Shown here one piece after another: positions 53,923-64,000 of a stretch of DNA of 64,000 bases (position 1 is its first letter; every line of letters starts with the position of its first letter). Under the pieces are notes generated by a model that did no database searches, was not told the origin of the DNA, and saw only the letters and a program-made list of their open reading frames with translations. Position numbers and translations under genes: made by a program. The DNA is from an uncultured Actinomycetes bacterium (lineage in GTDB: Bacteria; Actinomycetota; UBA4738; HRBIN12): assembly GCA_963728665.1 (NCBI GenBank), contig CAVSLG010000018.1:43762-107761 (forward strand). The letters run 5' to 3'.

Positions 53923-55083
53923 ATGGAATTCGAGATCGGCATCGGCAAGACGGCCCGGCGGGCTTACGGGTTCGACGAGGTCGCGATCGTCCCGTCGCGG
54001 CGCACGAGGGACCCCGAGGACGTGAGCATCGAGTGGGAGATCGACGCGTACACGTTCGGGTTGCCGATGATGGCGAGCGCGATGGACGCCGCCGTGTCCC
54101 CTTCGACCGCGATCGAGATCGGGAAGATCGGCGGCCTCGCGTGCCTGAACCTCGAGGGCCTCTGGACCCGGTTCGAGGACCCCGAGCCTGTCTACGAGGA
54201 GATCGCGTCGCTGCCCGACGAGAAGGCCACGCGGCGTATGCAGGAGCTCTACGCCGAGCCCGTCAAGGAAGAGCTGATCGGCCGTCGCATCGAGGAGATC
54301 AAGGTCGGCGGGGTCACGAGCTGCGCCTCGCTCACCCCCCAGCGGGTCGAGCGCTACGCGAAGCTCGTGCTCGACGCCGGGCTCGACATCCTGGTGATCC
54401 AGGGCACCGTGGTCTCGGGCGAGCACGTCTCGAGCCAGCACGAGCCGCTGAACCTGAAGGAATTCATCCCGGCTTTCGACATCCCGGTGATCGTCGGCGG
54501 CTGCGCGTCGTACTCGACCGCGCTACACCTGATGCGCACCGGCGCCGTGGGCGTGCTCGTAGGCGTCGGTCCCGGCAACGCATGTACTACCCGAGGGGTG
54601 CTGGGTGTCGGAGTGCCGCAAGCGACCGCGATCGCCGACGCCGCCGCGGCGCGTCGCGAGCACCAGCACGAGACCGGGCGGTACTGCCACGTGATCGCCG
54701 ACGGCGGCATGCGCACCGGCGGTGACATCGCGAAGGCGATCGCCTGCGGCGCCGACGCGGTGATGATCGGCTCGCCGATGACGCGCGCGTACGAGGCGCC
54801 GGGACGCGGATTCCATTGGGGCATGGCAACGTTCCACCCGACCCTGCCGCGCGGCGCGCGCGTGAAGACGCAGCAGGTGGCCTCGATCGAGGAGATCCTC
54901 ACCGGGCCCGCGCACGAGAACGACGGCACGTTCAACCTGTTCGGCGCGTTGGCCACGTCGATGGCGACCACCGGCTACCAGACGATCAAGGAGTTCCAGA
55001 AGGCGGAGCTCGTGATCGCCCCCTCGATCAAGACCGAGGGCAAGAGCTACCAGACGCAGCAGGGCGTCGGCATGGGTCACTAG
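53923..55083 (+). CDS. guaB3: IMP dehydrogenase-related protein (GuaB3-type; IMPDH/GMP reductase fold without CBS domains)
   Basis: [34 protein letters not shown]... [27 protein letters not shown]... [30 protein letters not shown]. Confidence 0.8.
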   Translation: MEFEIGIGKTARRAYGFDEVAIVPSRRTRDPEDVSIEWEIDAYTFGLPMMASAMDAAVSPSTAIEIGKIGGLACLNLEGLWTRFEDPEPVYEEIASLPDEKATRRMQELYAEPVKEELIGRRIEEIKVGGVTSCASLTPQRVERYAKLVLDAGLDILVIQGTVVSGEHVSSQHEPLNLKEFIPAFDIPVIVGGCASYSTALHLMRTGAVGVLVGVGPGNACTTRGVLGVGVPQATAIADAAAARREHQHETGRYCHVIADGGMRTGGDIAKAIACGADAVMIGSPMTRAYEAPGRGFHWGMATFHPTLPRGARVKTQQVASIEEILTGPAHENDGTFNLFGALATSMATTGYQTIKEFQKAELVIAPSIKTEGKSYQTQQGVGMGH

Positions 55084-55087
55084 CGGC

Positions 55088-56632
55088 GTGCCGGAGCCGC
55101 GGCCGGTCCTCGTCGTCGATCTCGGAGCGCAGTACGCGCAGCTGATCGCTCGCCGCGTGCGCGAGGCGCACGTCTACTCCGAGATCGTGCCACACGACGC
55201 GACGCCCGACGAGATCCGGGCGCTGCGGCCCGCCGGGCTGATCCTCAGCGGGGGACCGGCGTCGGTCTACGCCGAGGGCGCGCCCCAGGTCGACCCGGGG
55301 TTGTTCGAGCTCGGGGTGCCGGTGCTCGGCATCTGCTACGGCCATCAGCTGATGGCCCGGGCGCTCGGCGGCGAGGTGGGCGCGACCGGTCAGCGCGAGT
55401 ACGGGGCTACGTCGCTCGCGCTCGACGAGGGGGGCTCCGGCGTGCTGCTGCAGGACCTGCCGCCCACCGACACCGTGTGGATGTCGCACGGCGACGCCGT
55501 GACGCGGGCGCCCGAGGGATTCCGGGTCACCGCGACCACCGATCAGATCCCGATCGCCGCGATGGAGGACCCGTCGCGCGGCATGTACTCGGTGCAGTTC
55601 CATCCGGAGGTGTCGCACACGACGCACGGACCGGACGTGATGAAGCGCTTCCTGTACGACGGGTGCGACCTGCTTCCCGACTGGACGCCGACGAACATCA
55701 TCGACGATCAGGTCGCGCGCATCCGGGCCCAGGTGGGTGACGCGCAGGTGTTGTGCGCGCTGAGTGGAGGCGTCGACTCCGCGGTCGCGGCGTTGCTCGT
55801 GCATCGAGCGATCGGGGATCAGCTCACCTGCGTCTTCGTCGACCACGGCTTGAACCGCGAGGGGGAGCCCGACCAGGTCGAGGAGACGTTCGCCAGGCAC
55901 TTCCGGGTGCCACTCGTGCACGTGAAGGCGGCGGACCGGTTCCTCGGGCGGCTGGCCGGCGTCGTCGACCCCGAAGTGAAGCGCAAGACGATCGGCGAGG
56001 AGTTCATCCGGGTCTTCGAGGAGGTCGCGCGGGACCAAGCCGATGCCGGGTTCCTCGTGCAGGGGACGCTGTACCCCGACGTGATCGAGTCGGGGTCGAA
56101 GACCGCCGCGAACATCAAGAGCCACCACAACGTGGGTGGGCTGCCCGAGGACATGACGTTCGAGCTCGTCGAGCCGCTTCGCGACCTGTTCAAGGACGAG
56201 GTGCGCACGGTCGGTGCCGAGCTCGGACTGCCCGAGGAGATCGTGCAGCGCCAGCCGTTCCCGGGTCCCGGGCTCGCGGTGCGCATCGTGGGCGAGGTCA
56301 ACGCCGAGAACCTCGCGAAGGTGCGCGGGGCCGACGCCGTCGTGCGCGAGGAGATCAAGCGGGCTGGACTCGACCGGGAGACGTGGCAGGCGTTCTGCGT
56401 GCTGCTCGCCGATGTGCAGAGCGTGGGCGTGATGGGCGACGGCCGCACGTACGAGAACCCGGTGATCGTGCGAGCCGTGACGAGCGAGGATGCCATGACG
56501 GCCGATTGGGCGCGCCTGCCCGACGACGTGCTCGACCGCATCGCGTCGCGCATCGTGCGAGAGGTGCCCGGTGTGAACCGGGTGGCGTACGACATCACCT
56601 CGAAGCCGCCCGGCACGATCGAGTGGGAGTAA
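55088..56632 (+). CDS. guaA: GMP synthase (glutamine-hydrolyzing)
   Basis: GATase1 domain ([14 protein letters not shown]). PP-loop SGGVDSAV. C-terminal dimerization domain ...[19 protein letters not shown]. Intact 514 aa. Confidence 0.95.
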   Translation: MPEPRPVLVVDLGAQYAQLIARRVREAHVYSEIVPHDATPDEIRALRPAGLILSGGPASVYAEGAPQVDPGLFELGVPVLGICYGHQLMARALGGEVGATGQREYGATSLALDEGGSGVLLQDLPPTDTVWMSHGDAVTRAPEGFRVTATTDQIPIAAMEDPSRGMYSVQFHPEVSHTTHGPDVMKRFLYDGCDLLPDWTPTNIIDDQVARIRAQVGDAQVLCALSGGVDSAVAALLVHRAIGDQLTCVFVDHGLNREGEPDQVEETFARHFRVPLVHVKAADRFLGRLAGVVDPEVKRKTIGEEFIRVFEEVARDQADAGFLVQGTLYPDVIESGSKTAANIKSHHNVGGLPEDMTFELVEPLRDLFKDEVRTVGAELGLPEEIVQRQPFPGPGLAVRIVGEVNAENLAKVRGADAVVREEIKRAGLDRETWQAFCVLLADVQSVGVMGDGRTYENPVIVRAVTSEDAMTADWARLPDDVLDRIASRIVREVPGVNRVAYDITSKPPGTIEWE

Positions 56633-56703
56633 CGGACCCGCTGGCGGTCCAAGGACGATCCGTAGCCGCCCCGCCGAACGCGCACGCTCTCTCATCACTC
56701 GGA

Positions 56704-57033
56704 GTGGGGGCGCTGGTCCTCTCGGCGCGGGAGTTGGCCGGCTTGTCGCAGCGAACGCTCGCAGCGCGCGCCGGAACGTCGCAGAATGTCGTCAGCGGGA
56801 TCGAGACGGGGGATCGCCTCCCGACGATCCGATCGCTCATGCGCCTCGTCGAGGCGGCCGAGCTCGAGTTGGTCGTGGGGCTGCGCCGTCCGGGGGTCCA
56901 GCACCCGGTCGCGCTCGGCGCCCTCATCTCGAACGCCGCCGACGGGCTCGCTGACTCCCTGCCGATGAGGGCGTCTTCGCCCCGTTCGATTGGCCGCTCG
57001 GCAGCTAACTCGCCGACACGCGACGCGCCGTGA
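56704..57033 (+). CDS. XRE-family helix-turn-helix transcriptional regulator
   Basis: LSARELAGLSQRTLAARAGTSQNVVSGIETGDRLPTIRSLMRLVEAAELEL (HTH_3/XRE signature). The start is uncertain (GTG 56704). Confidence 0.6.
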   Translation: MGALVLSARELAGLSQRTLAARAGTSQNVVSGIETGDRLPTIRSLMRLVEAAELELVVGLRRPGVQHPVALGALISNAADGLADSLPMRASSPRSIGRSAANSPTRDAP

Positions 57034-57676
57034 CGATCAGGCGCTCGGCGCTCGAGTACTTCGGGTTGCAGGTCGTGAGCACCAGGGTCGGCTTGGGCGT
57101 CTGCACCAGCACTCGCCCCGAGCCGGCCGAGGGCACGACGAACACCCGGTCGACCTCATACCCGAACGTGCCGTACTGCGTCCGCAGCGTGATATCGTCG
57201 CCGGCTCGCAGCTGCTCGAGGTCGAAGAACGGTGCCTGGTACGTCGTGCGGTGGCCCGCGATGCCGACCCGGCCGGTGTCGTCCCACGGGTCGGCGGTGT
57301 CGGGGTAGTGACCGGGACCGTCCTTCAGGTCCTCGTAGCCCGTGCCTTGCACGACCATGAAGTTCACGTCGATCGCGGGGATCGAGAGCTGCGCGTACGC
57401 GTCGCCGAGCGGCACGAGCTCGGTCGCGGTCGACGGGTCGGCCGGTTCGCCCTCGAGCTCCTGCCGGAACTCGGTCCGCAACCGGTCCTGGGCCTCGGCG
57501 GTGTGCAGGCCGGTTCCCCAGAGCGACCAGGCGATGTAGCCGGCGAACCCCGCCGCGACCATGAGGCAGGCCATGCCGAACCAGTGCACGAGCGTGCGCC
57601 AGCCACCTCGCGGCCGCCGTCCATCGGCCGGCCTCTCGGCCCCGGCGTTCTCGGCCTTGCTTCGCAGCTGGGTCAT
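57005..57676 (-). CDS. Class E sortase (transpeptidase)
   Basis: N-terminal TM anchor HWFGMACLMVAAGFAGYIAWSLW. Catalytic His (IAGHRTTY). TLXTC motif LVLTTCNP. Conserved Arg. Confidence 0.8.
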   Translation of the reverse strand: MTQLRSKAENAGAERPADGRRPRGGWRTLVHWFGMACLMVAAGFAGYIAWSLWGTGLHTAEAQDRLRTEFRQELEGEPADPSTATELVPLGDAYAQLSIPAIDVNFMVVQGTGYEDLKDGPGHYPDTADPWDDTGRVGIAGHRTTYQAPFFDLEQLRAGDDITLRTQYGTFGYEVDRVFVVPSAGSGRVLVQTPKPTLVLTTCNPKYSSAERLIVTARRVSAS

Positions 57677-57735
57677 GCCTTGAACGGTACCGCCGCTCGG
57701 GGCTCACGTCGCCCATCCCTCCTACACTGGCTCCC

Positions 57736-60042
57736 GTGAACGCCGTCTCCCCCCTGCTCGAGGGCCTGAACGACATCCAGACCGAGGCGGTCCTGCACAC
57801 CGAGGGACCGGTCCTGATCGTGGCCGGCGCCGGCAGCGGTAAGACCCGGGCGCTCACCCACCGCATCGCCTACCTGATCCGGGAGCGGGGTGTCTCACCG
57901 TTCGAGATCCTCGCGATCACGTTCACGAACAAGGCGGCCCGCGAGATGGCCGAGCGGGTCGAGGGCATGCTCGGGGAGCGGGTCACCCGTGGCATGTGGA
58001 TCCTCACGTTCCACTCGACGTGCGCTCGCCTGCTCCGGCGCGAGCACACTCACCTCGGCGTGCCGAGCGGATTCACGATCTACGACGACGGCGACACCGA
58101 GCGCCTGATCGCCGGCATCCTGAAGGATCTCGACCTCGATCCGAAGCGCTTCCCGCCGAAGGCGATGGCGAGCGCGATCTCGAGCGCGAAGGACCGGGTG
58201 ATCGGTCCCGACGACTTCGCGAGCATGGCGAGCAACTTCTACGAGGAGACGATCGCGAAGGTCTATCACGCGTACGAGCGGCGCAAGCGTGATGCCGGCG
58301 CTCTCGACTTCGACGACCTGATCACCGAGACCGTACGGCTGTTCCGCGAGCATCCCGAGGTGCTCGAGCACTACCAGGAGCGGTTCCCGTACCTCATGGT
58401 CGACGAGTACCAGGACACGAACCGCGCGCAGTACGAGCTCGTGAACCTGCTCGCCGCGAAGCACCGCAACGTGTGCGTCGTCGGCGACGCCGACCAGGGT
58501 GTGTACAGCTGGCGCGGCGCCACGATCCAGAACATGCTCGACTTCGAGCGCGACTACCCCGATGCGACCGTCTTCCTCATGGAGCAGAACTACCGCTCGA
58601 CCCAGAACATCCTGGAAGCGGCGAACGCGCTGATCGAGCACAACCAGCAGCGCAAGCCGAAGGCGTTGTGGACCGAGGCGGGCTCGGGCGAGTTGATCGT
58701 TCGGTTACGCGCCGACGACGAGCACGAGGAAGCGTTCTTCGTGGTCGACGAGATCGAGCGGTTACGCGAGACCGAGGGCTTCCGGCTCTCCGACGTGGCG
58801 ATCTTCTACCGCACCAACGCGCAGAGCCGAGTGCTCGAGGACGTGCTGATGCGTGTGGGCACGAACTACCGGGTCTTCGGCGGGGTGCGGTTCTACCAGC
58901 GCCGGGAGATCAAGGACGTGCTCGCGTACCTGCGCCTGCTGATCAACCCGCAGGACGTGATCTCGTTCCGGCGCGTCGTGAACACCCCGAAGCGTGGCAT
59001 CGGCGACGCCACGGTCGCGGCGCTCGAGTCCTTCGCCGACACCGAGGTCATCGACGTGGTCGAGGCGTGCCGGCGCATCGACGAGATCGCGGTGCTGCAG
59101 ACGCGGGCGAAGGGGGCCGTCGCGGGCTTCAACACGGTGATGGAGGCGATCCGGCGTCATCACGACGACGGCGCCGGGCCGGCACGCATGGTCGAGTTCG
59201 CCGCGATCGAGTCGGGCTACCTCGCCGAGCTCGAGGAGGAGCGCACGGTCGACGCGCAGGGGCGCATCGAGAACATCCAGGAGCTGGGAGGGGTGGCCGC
59301 CGAGCTGCTCACCCGTGAGCCCGACGCCGGTCTCGAGCAGTTCCTCGAGCAGGTGTCGCTGATCGGGGAGCAGGACGAGTACGACGAGGACGCCTCGAGC
59401 GTGACCCTGATGACCCTGCACATCGCGAAGGGGCTCGAGTTCCCGGTCGTGTTCATCGTAGGCATGGAGGACGGCATCTTCCCCCACTTCCGCTCGATGA
59501 CCGACGCCGCAGCCCTCGAGGAAGAGCGTCGCCTGGCGTACGTGGGCATCACGCGCGCGCAACAGCGCCTGTACCTCACGCACGCGTGGAGCCGCACGAT
59601 CTACGGGCAGACGCAGTACAACCCGCCCTCACGCTTCCTCGGGGAGGTGCCGGAGCATCTGTTCGACGTGCGCGAGAGCGAGGGAGCCGCGACCGGGTAC
59701 GGAGGGCGGTACACGGGTGGCCGCCAGGCTGGACGAGGCTCCGGAGCCGCCGGGTATCCGGGAGCGGGCCGCGGCGGCGGCCGTGTGATCGGCGGACGCC
59801 GCGAGCACGACGACGACGACCGCCCGCCGCAGGACTGGACGCCGCCGCAGCCCAAGAGCGTCCCGATGCGCGAGGCGCCGGTGATCGCGGCCGGCGACAC
59901 GGTCGTGCACGAGCGCTGGGGCGAGGGGGTCGTGCTCGCGGTGAGCGGCGCGGGCGACGGCACCGAGGCCACGATCTCCTTCCCCGAGGTCGGGGAGAAG
60001 CGGGTGCTGCTCGCCTACGCCCCCCTCAGGAAGGCGGGGTAG
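57736..60042 (+). CDS. pcrA: ATP-dependent DNA helicase PcrA/UvrD family
   Basis: GTG start. Walker A AGAGSGKTRALTHRIAYL. Helicase motifs TFTNKAAREM, VDEYQDTNRAQY, TLMTLHIAKGLEFPVVFIVGMEDG, YVGITRA. Intact 768 aa. Confidence 0.9.
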   Translation: MNAVSPLLEGLNDIQTEAVLHTEGPVLIVAGAGSGKTRALTHRIAYLIRERGVSPFEILAITFTNKAAREMAERVEGMLGERVTRGMWILTFHSTCARLLRREHTHLGVPSGFTIYDDGDTERLIAGILKDLDLDPKRFPPKAMASAISSAKDRVIGPDDFASMASNFYEETIAKVYHAYERRKRDAGALDFDDLITETVRLFREHPEVLEHYQERFPYLMVDEYQDTNRAQYELVNLLAAKHRNVCVVGDADQGVYSWRGATIQNMLDFERDYPDATVFLMEQNYRSTQNILEAANALIEHNQQRKPKALWTEAGSGELIVRLRADDEHEEAFFVVDEIERLRETEGFRLSDVAIFYRTNAQSRVLEDVLMRVGTNYRVFGGVRFYQRREIKDVLAYLRLLINPQDVISFRRVVNTPKRGIGDATVAALESFADTEVIDVVEACRRIDEIAVLQTRAKGAVAGFNTVMEAIRRHHDDGAGPARMVEFAAIESGYLAELEEERTVDAQGRIENIQELGGVAAELLTREPDAGLEQFLEQVSLIGEQDEYDEDASSVTLMTLHIAKGLEFPVVFIVGMEDGIFPHFRSMTDAAALEEERRLAYVGITRAQQRLYLTHAWSRTIYGQTQYNPPSRFLGEVPEHLFDVRESEGAATGYGGRYTGGRQAGRGSGAAGYPGAGRGGGRVIGGRREHDDDDRPPQDWTPPQPKSVPMREAPVIAAGDTVVHERWGEGVVLAVSGAGDGTEATISFPEVGEKRVLLAYAPLRKAG

Positions 60043-60045
60043 CGC

Positions 60046-63000
60046 TCAAGGGCAGGGTTCGACGTGGAGATACTGGCGGCACTCCTCGTCGGAGAGTTGC
60101 CTCGTCACCTTCGTGCCGGCGATCGCGATCAGCTCGTCGAGATCGAGCTCCCAGACGCGGACGAGGCCGTCCGGCGCGGCCGATGCGAGCCGCCGTCCGT
60201 CGGGGCTGAACGCGATGCCCGAGACGAGGTACGTGTGGCCCCGCAGGACCAGTTGCTGGATCCCCTGCTCCGGGTTGAACAGTCGGACGGTGGCGTCCAT
60301 GCCGGAGGTCGCGATCCGCCCGCCGTCCGGGCTGTAGGTGATGTTCTCGATGCTTCCGGAGTGCGCGGGGAACCGGAGCACGCGCTCGAGGCCGGGCACG
60401 GAGAAGATCTCGACGATGCCATCGAAGCGCGCCACGGCGAGCTCCGACCCCGTGGGATCGAACGCCACGCCCGTCGCCCCGATCGGCTCGATCGAGCCCT
60501 CGATCGCCTCGCCTTCCCAGTCCCAGATCGACACGTGGTTCTGTTGCGGCTTGGCGATGACCGACACGGCGGTCGCGATCCTGCTCCCGTCAGGGCTGAA
60601 CGTGACATCGTCGATCTGCCTCCAGCTGCCCTCCTCGACCAACCTTGCCACCTGCTCTCCCGTCGCATCGAGCACGGTCGTGCTCCCATCCCATGTCCCG
60701 ACGACCAGGTGCTCGCCGTCGGGGCTCCAGTCGGCGGCCGAGATCTCCTCCCCGATGGGTACCTCGAACACGGCGTCCCCCGTTCCGACATCCCACGCGG
60801 TGATCGTGTCGCTGAAGAGGCGAACGGTCGCGATGCGCGATCCGTCGGGACTCACCTCGATCAGCCAGACGGCCCGAGGGGATCCTGCGCCGGGACCGAT
60901 CGTCGCAGCCTCACCCTCGCGCACGTCCCATAAGGTGACGGATCCCTCGTCGCTCGGTGCGACGATCCGTCCGTCCGGCAGGTACGCGACATCGACGGGA
61001 GCCAGCTCGTCGGTGGGCAGGTTCGCCACCTCGGCATCGCCGTCGATGGTCACGTCCCAGATCTTGACCGCAGTGATCGCCGTATCGCCGGTCAGGACCC
61101 CGTTGCCGTTGGGAGAAAACGCGGCGAACGTGCCCGACCTCGTCTGCTGCGCCGAGAGCGTCAGCACCTCGCGGCCCACCGCGTCGTCGATCTCCCACAC
61201 CCTGGCGGTCCCGTCGCTGCCTCCGGTCACGAGCCGTTTCGAGTCGCGTGCCCAGTCCACCGTCACCACGACACCGGTGTGACCGACGAGCTCCGTCTCC
61301 AACCGCTCGGTCGCTGCCTCCCACACGCGTATCGACGAGTCGTTGGCCCCGGTCGCGATCCACCGACCGTCCGGGCTCCACGAGACGGAGTTGATCGTAT
61401 AACTGTGCCCCCGGAGGTCGAACGCGCGCTCGCCGGTGGCGACGTCGAAGACGGCTCCGACAGGGGTGTTGCCCATCCCGACCGCGACGTGCTCGCCATC
61501 TGGGCTCAGGGCGGTGTCGAAGGGATTGTCGGGCAAGGAGATCGTGCGAACGATCTCGCCGGTCGACGGATCGACGATGCGGGTCTTCCTCTCGGATATC
61601 CATGCCGCCGCGAGGAGCGATCCGTCGGCGTCGAAGGACTGCCCGAGCACCGGTCCCTCCCCCTGGATCACTGACACCTGGTCGCCGGTTGCCGGATCCC
61701 AGATGCGGAGAGCGCCGTCGTCACCTCCCGTCGCGAGGAGTGATCCGTCGGGCGAGAAGCGGACGTCGTTGACGTCGGGGTCGTGGCCCTCCCACGACCG
61801 GACGATCTCGCCGGTCGATGCGTCCCTGAGCTCGATCATGCGGCTGTCCTCGGGGCCTTCGGTGACGAACACGCCCTCAGGGCTCCAATCGAGGTTGCCG
61901 CCGGCGCCCGACGCCGTGAGCACGATGCGGGAAGCGGTCACGGCACTGTGCAGAGCTTCTTCCGCCTCGGGGAGGACCGTGCCGTCGACCGACCGCGTTC
62001 GATCGATGGATTCGAGCGCGAGGAGGATGCTGCGCTCGGGATCGACCTCGAGACTGGCGACGGACGCCGCCGCGAGCTCGCGAGCCTGCGCGGTCAGCTC
62101 CTGGTCCTGGGCCTTCCGCTGCTGGCTCATCGCGAAGAGCGTCAGGGCGCCGGCCACGACCGCTGCGACCGTCAGCACGGCGACGATCGTGCGCAGCCGG
62201 CGCACCGACCGTCGTTCGAGCTCCCGTTCGTGGTCCTGGCGCGTTCGCTCCTCGACCTGCACCCGGTCCCGCTCGGCGGCGGCCGCGTCGAGGAACGCGC
62301 TCTCCTCGGGGGTGAGCGCCAGCGGCGACCCGCCACGCCACGCCTCGATCTGCTCGAGGCGCGATCCCGAGATCAGGAACGACGGATCGCGGTCGGCGTC
62401 GGCCCAATCGCGCGCCGCCGCAGCGAGCCGTCGCTCGGTGCGTATGTCCTCCCGCGCGGCGTCGATCCATCGTCCGAGCCGTCGCCACGCGGAGAGCATC
62501 GCCTCGTGCGCCAGCTCGATCGTCGGTTCGCCCGTGCGGACATCGCGGTCGAACGTGAGCTGGCGCGAGGTTCCATAGGTCTCGATCACCCACGACATCG
62601 CCTGCTGGTCGAGGTCGAGCGAGGTGATCTCGGCTCGCGACACCCGTCGACGCGTGTCCTCCGTGCCTTCGCCGAGCGCCACCAGGTGCAGGAACAGCTG
62701 TCGCGCCGCGTCCTTCCCGGCCGCGTCGAGCCCGTCGTAGATCTCCTCCGCCCGGCGACCGAGCGCGCCCGAGACCCTGCCGATCTCCCGATAGGAGCCG
62801 AGCGTGATCATGCGACCATCCCGCCGCTCGAACAGCTCGGTCAGCGCGTACTCGAGCAGGGGGAGCGCGCCCGGTTCCTCGGCGACGTCGGCAAGCATCG
62901 CGGCCACGAGCCCGGTCTCCAGGGAGACGTCGGCCCGTTCGGCCGGCTTCGTGATCACCTGCTCGAGCTGCTCGGCCGAGAGCGGGACCAGCGACTCGAC

Positions 63001-64000
63001 GCGCGCCGCGAAGAGGTCCGCGAATCCGCGGTAACGAAGGGGCCGATCGTAGAAGTCCGCTCGCAGCGTGACGATCACCCGTAGGCGGCTGTGGGGATCG
63101 CTCACCGCGGCCTCGAGGCTACCGAGGAAGTGCCGGCGGGCATCCTCGTCGTCAACGAGGGTGAAGACCTCCTCGAACTGGTCGATCACGAGCACGAGCT
63201 CGGAGCGGTCGGACGGCAGGACCCGGAGCACGGCTCGGTGGAGCCCGCGCTCATCGGATCGGAGCTGCTCGATCAGGCTCGGTGGTGGGTCCATGGCGAC
63301 CTTCAGCAACGCCGCCTCGAGCCCGTCGAGCGGGTACGGGCCCGGGAACATGTCGGCGATCGGCCAGGTATCAGATCCGGCGATCGCGCCACGACGCAGG
63401 GCCGGGATCAACCCTGCGCGGACGACCGACGACTTCCCGCTGCCGCTCGGTCCGACGAGCGCGAGGAACCGCGTCTGCGACAGGCGATCGACGAGCTGCT
63501 CGATCAGGTCGTTGCGTCCGTGGAAGTCGGGGGCGTCGCCCTCCTCGAACGCGCGCAAGCCCTTGTAGGGGTTCGCCACGATCGCGCCCGGGCCGGCTGG
63601 TTGGAGCCGGGTCCCCGACGCGCCCAGCGCCCGCCGGAAGGCGACGTCCTCGGCCGCGTCGTCGGCTTCCGCCTTCAGTCGCATCACGTGGACCGGGTGA
63701 GCGATCCCCTTGAGCTGCACCGTACCCCGATCGACGGACGCGACGCCGTCCACCTTGCGGGCCAGATGCACGACCTCGCGGCTGGCGAGGATCTCCCCGG
63801 GTCCCGCGATCGCGCACAGGCGCGCGCCGAGGTTGAGGGCGCCCCCCCGATAGCCCCCCTCGACGGAGACCGCTTCGCCGGCGTCGAGACCGATGCCCAC
63901 CGGAAAGGGAAGCGATGGATCGGCGACGGTCTCCTCCACGAACCGGCGCTGCAGGTCGATCGCCGAACGGATCGCCTGCCGGGTCGACGTGAAGACGCAG
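60046..64000 (-). CDS. Adenylyl/guanylyl cyclase domain - STAND (NACHT/NB-ARC-like) NTPase - single TM helix - WD40 beta-propeller protein. The 5' end extends beyond the window.
   Basis: C-terminal half of a class III cyclase domain (FPVGIGLDAGEAVSVEGGYRGGALNLGARLCAIAGPGEILAS). Walker A LALVGPSGSGKSSVVRAGL and Walker B LVLVIDQFEEVF. TM RLRTIVAVLTVAAVVAGALTLFAM flanked by R-rich N-side. At least 10 WD40 repeats (ALRIWD, SIRVWEA, ARVWE, VRVWE...). 1297-aa intact ORF to 63939; the upstream part probably lies beyond 64000. Confidence 0.8.
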   Translation of the reverse strand, partial: CVFTSTRQAIRSAIDLQRRFVEETVADPSLPFPVGIGLDAGEAVSVEGGYRGGALNLGARLCAIAGPGEILASREVVHLARKVDGVASVDRGTVQLKGIAHPVHVMRLKAEADDAAEDVAFRRALGASGTRLQPAGPGAIVANPYKGLRAFEEGDAPDFHGRNDLIEQLVDRLSQTRFLALVGPSGSGKSSVVRAGLIPALRRGAIAGSDTWPIADMFPGPYPLDGLEAALLKVAMDPPPSLIEQLRSDERGLHRAVLRVLPSDRSELVLVIDQFEEVFTLVDDEDARRHFLGSLEAAVSDPHSRLRVIVTLRADFYDRPLRYRGFADLFAARVESLVPLSAEQLEQVITKPAERADVSLETGLVAAMLADVAEEPGALPLLEYALTELFERRDGRMITLGSYREIGRVSGALGRRAEEIYDGLDAAGKDAARQLFLHLVALGEGTEDTRRRVSRAEITSLDLDQQAMSWVIETYGTSRQLTFDRDVRTGEPTIELAHEAMLSAWRRLGRWIDAAREDIRTERRLAAAARDWADADRDPSFLISGSRLEQIEAWRGGSPLALTPEESAFLDAAAAERDRVQVEERTRQDHERELERRSVRRLRTIVAVLTVAAVVAGALTLFAMSQQRKAQDQELTAQARELAAASVASLEVDPERSILLALESIDRTRSVDGTVLPEAEEALHSAVTASRIVLTASGAGGNLDWSPEGVFVTEGPEDSRMIELRDASTGEIVRSWEGHDPDVNDVRFSPDGSLLATGGDDGALRIWDPATGDQVSVIQGEGPVLGQSFDADGSLLAAAWISERKTRIVDPSTGEIVRTISLPDNPFDTALSPDGEHVAVGMGNTPVGAVFDVATGERAFDLRGHSYTINSVSWSPDGRWIATGANDSSIRVWEAATERLETELVGHTGVVVTVDWARDSKRLVTGGSDGTARVWEIDDAVGREVLTLSAQQTRSGTFAAFSPNGNGVLTGDTAITAVKIWDVTIDGDAEVANLPTDELAPVDVAYLPDGRIVAPSDEGSVTLWDVREGEAATIGPGAGSPRAVWLIEVSPDGSRIATVRLFSDTITAWDVGTGDAVFEVPIGEEISAADWSPDGEHLVVGTWDGSTTVLDATGEQVARLVEEGSWRQIDDVTFSPDGSRIATAVSVIAKPQQNHVSIWDWEGEAIEGSIEPIGATGVAFDPTGSELAVARFDGIVEIFSVPGLERVLRFPAHSGSIENITYSPDGGRIATSGMDATVRLFNPEQGIQQLVLRGHTYLVSGIAFSPDGRRLASAAPDGLVRVWELDLDELIAIAGTKVTRQLSDEECRQYLHVEPCP

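Noticed and set aside
55028-56698. 556-aa minus-strand ORF opposite guaA, and 288-aa ORF 55819..56685
   Set aside because: Antisense shadow ORFs. guaA on the plus strand is unambiguous.
61783-63084. 433-aa plus-strand ORF inside the STAND/WD40 gene
   Set aside because: Antisense to a 1297-aa intact ORF with clear P-loop and WD40 motifs.

Overview
This is a high-GC (about 70%) chromosomal segment from an actinobacterium. Conserved synteny supports that call: groES-groEL1 with a CIRCE operator, a choD-like GMC oxidoreductase followed by guaB3 and guaA, a class E sortase, and pcrA.

The window has three parts.

(1) 1-27.9 kb holds a glycan assembly and sulfation cluster. It contains a WbaP-type initiating sugar transferase, three PAPS-dependent sulfotransferases (two carbohydrate-type, one Stf0-like), several GT2s, an SDR epimerase, a GMC-type FAD oxidoreductase, Wzx flippase remnants and large polytopic membrane proteins. 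Secreted phosphatase and PKD/DNRLRE proteins sit within it, and groES-groEL1 plus a Leu/Val-type dehydrogenase interrupt it. Most genes in this part have multiple reading-frame breaks.

(2) 10.7-47.6 kb holds an unusual array of large secreted modular proteins. Each ends in one or two Ig-like domain pairs followed by the same conserved C-terminal module of about 200 aa, here called CTM. Their heads differ: a beta-propeller phytase, two delta-60-repeat propellers (one with a malectin domain), a PQQ-type sugar dehydrogenase-like propeller, and four copies of a GH26-like glycosidase domain, with a fifth standalone paralog. Three of the GH26-like copies sit on nearly identical 0.83 kb DNA cassettes. 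CTM-encoding DNA is also duplicated nearly identically.

(3) 48-64 kb starts with a 35-bp tandem repeat that reiterates the Shine-Dalgarno and ATG of a phosphodiesterase-cysC (PAPS) operon. It continues with a TreT-like GT4, choD-guaB3-guaA, an XRE regulator, a sortase E, pcrA, and a partial gene for an adenylyl-cyclase/STAND-NTPase/transmembrane/WD40 protein.

No rRNA, tRNA or CRISPR is evident.
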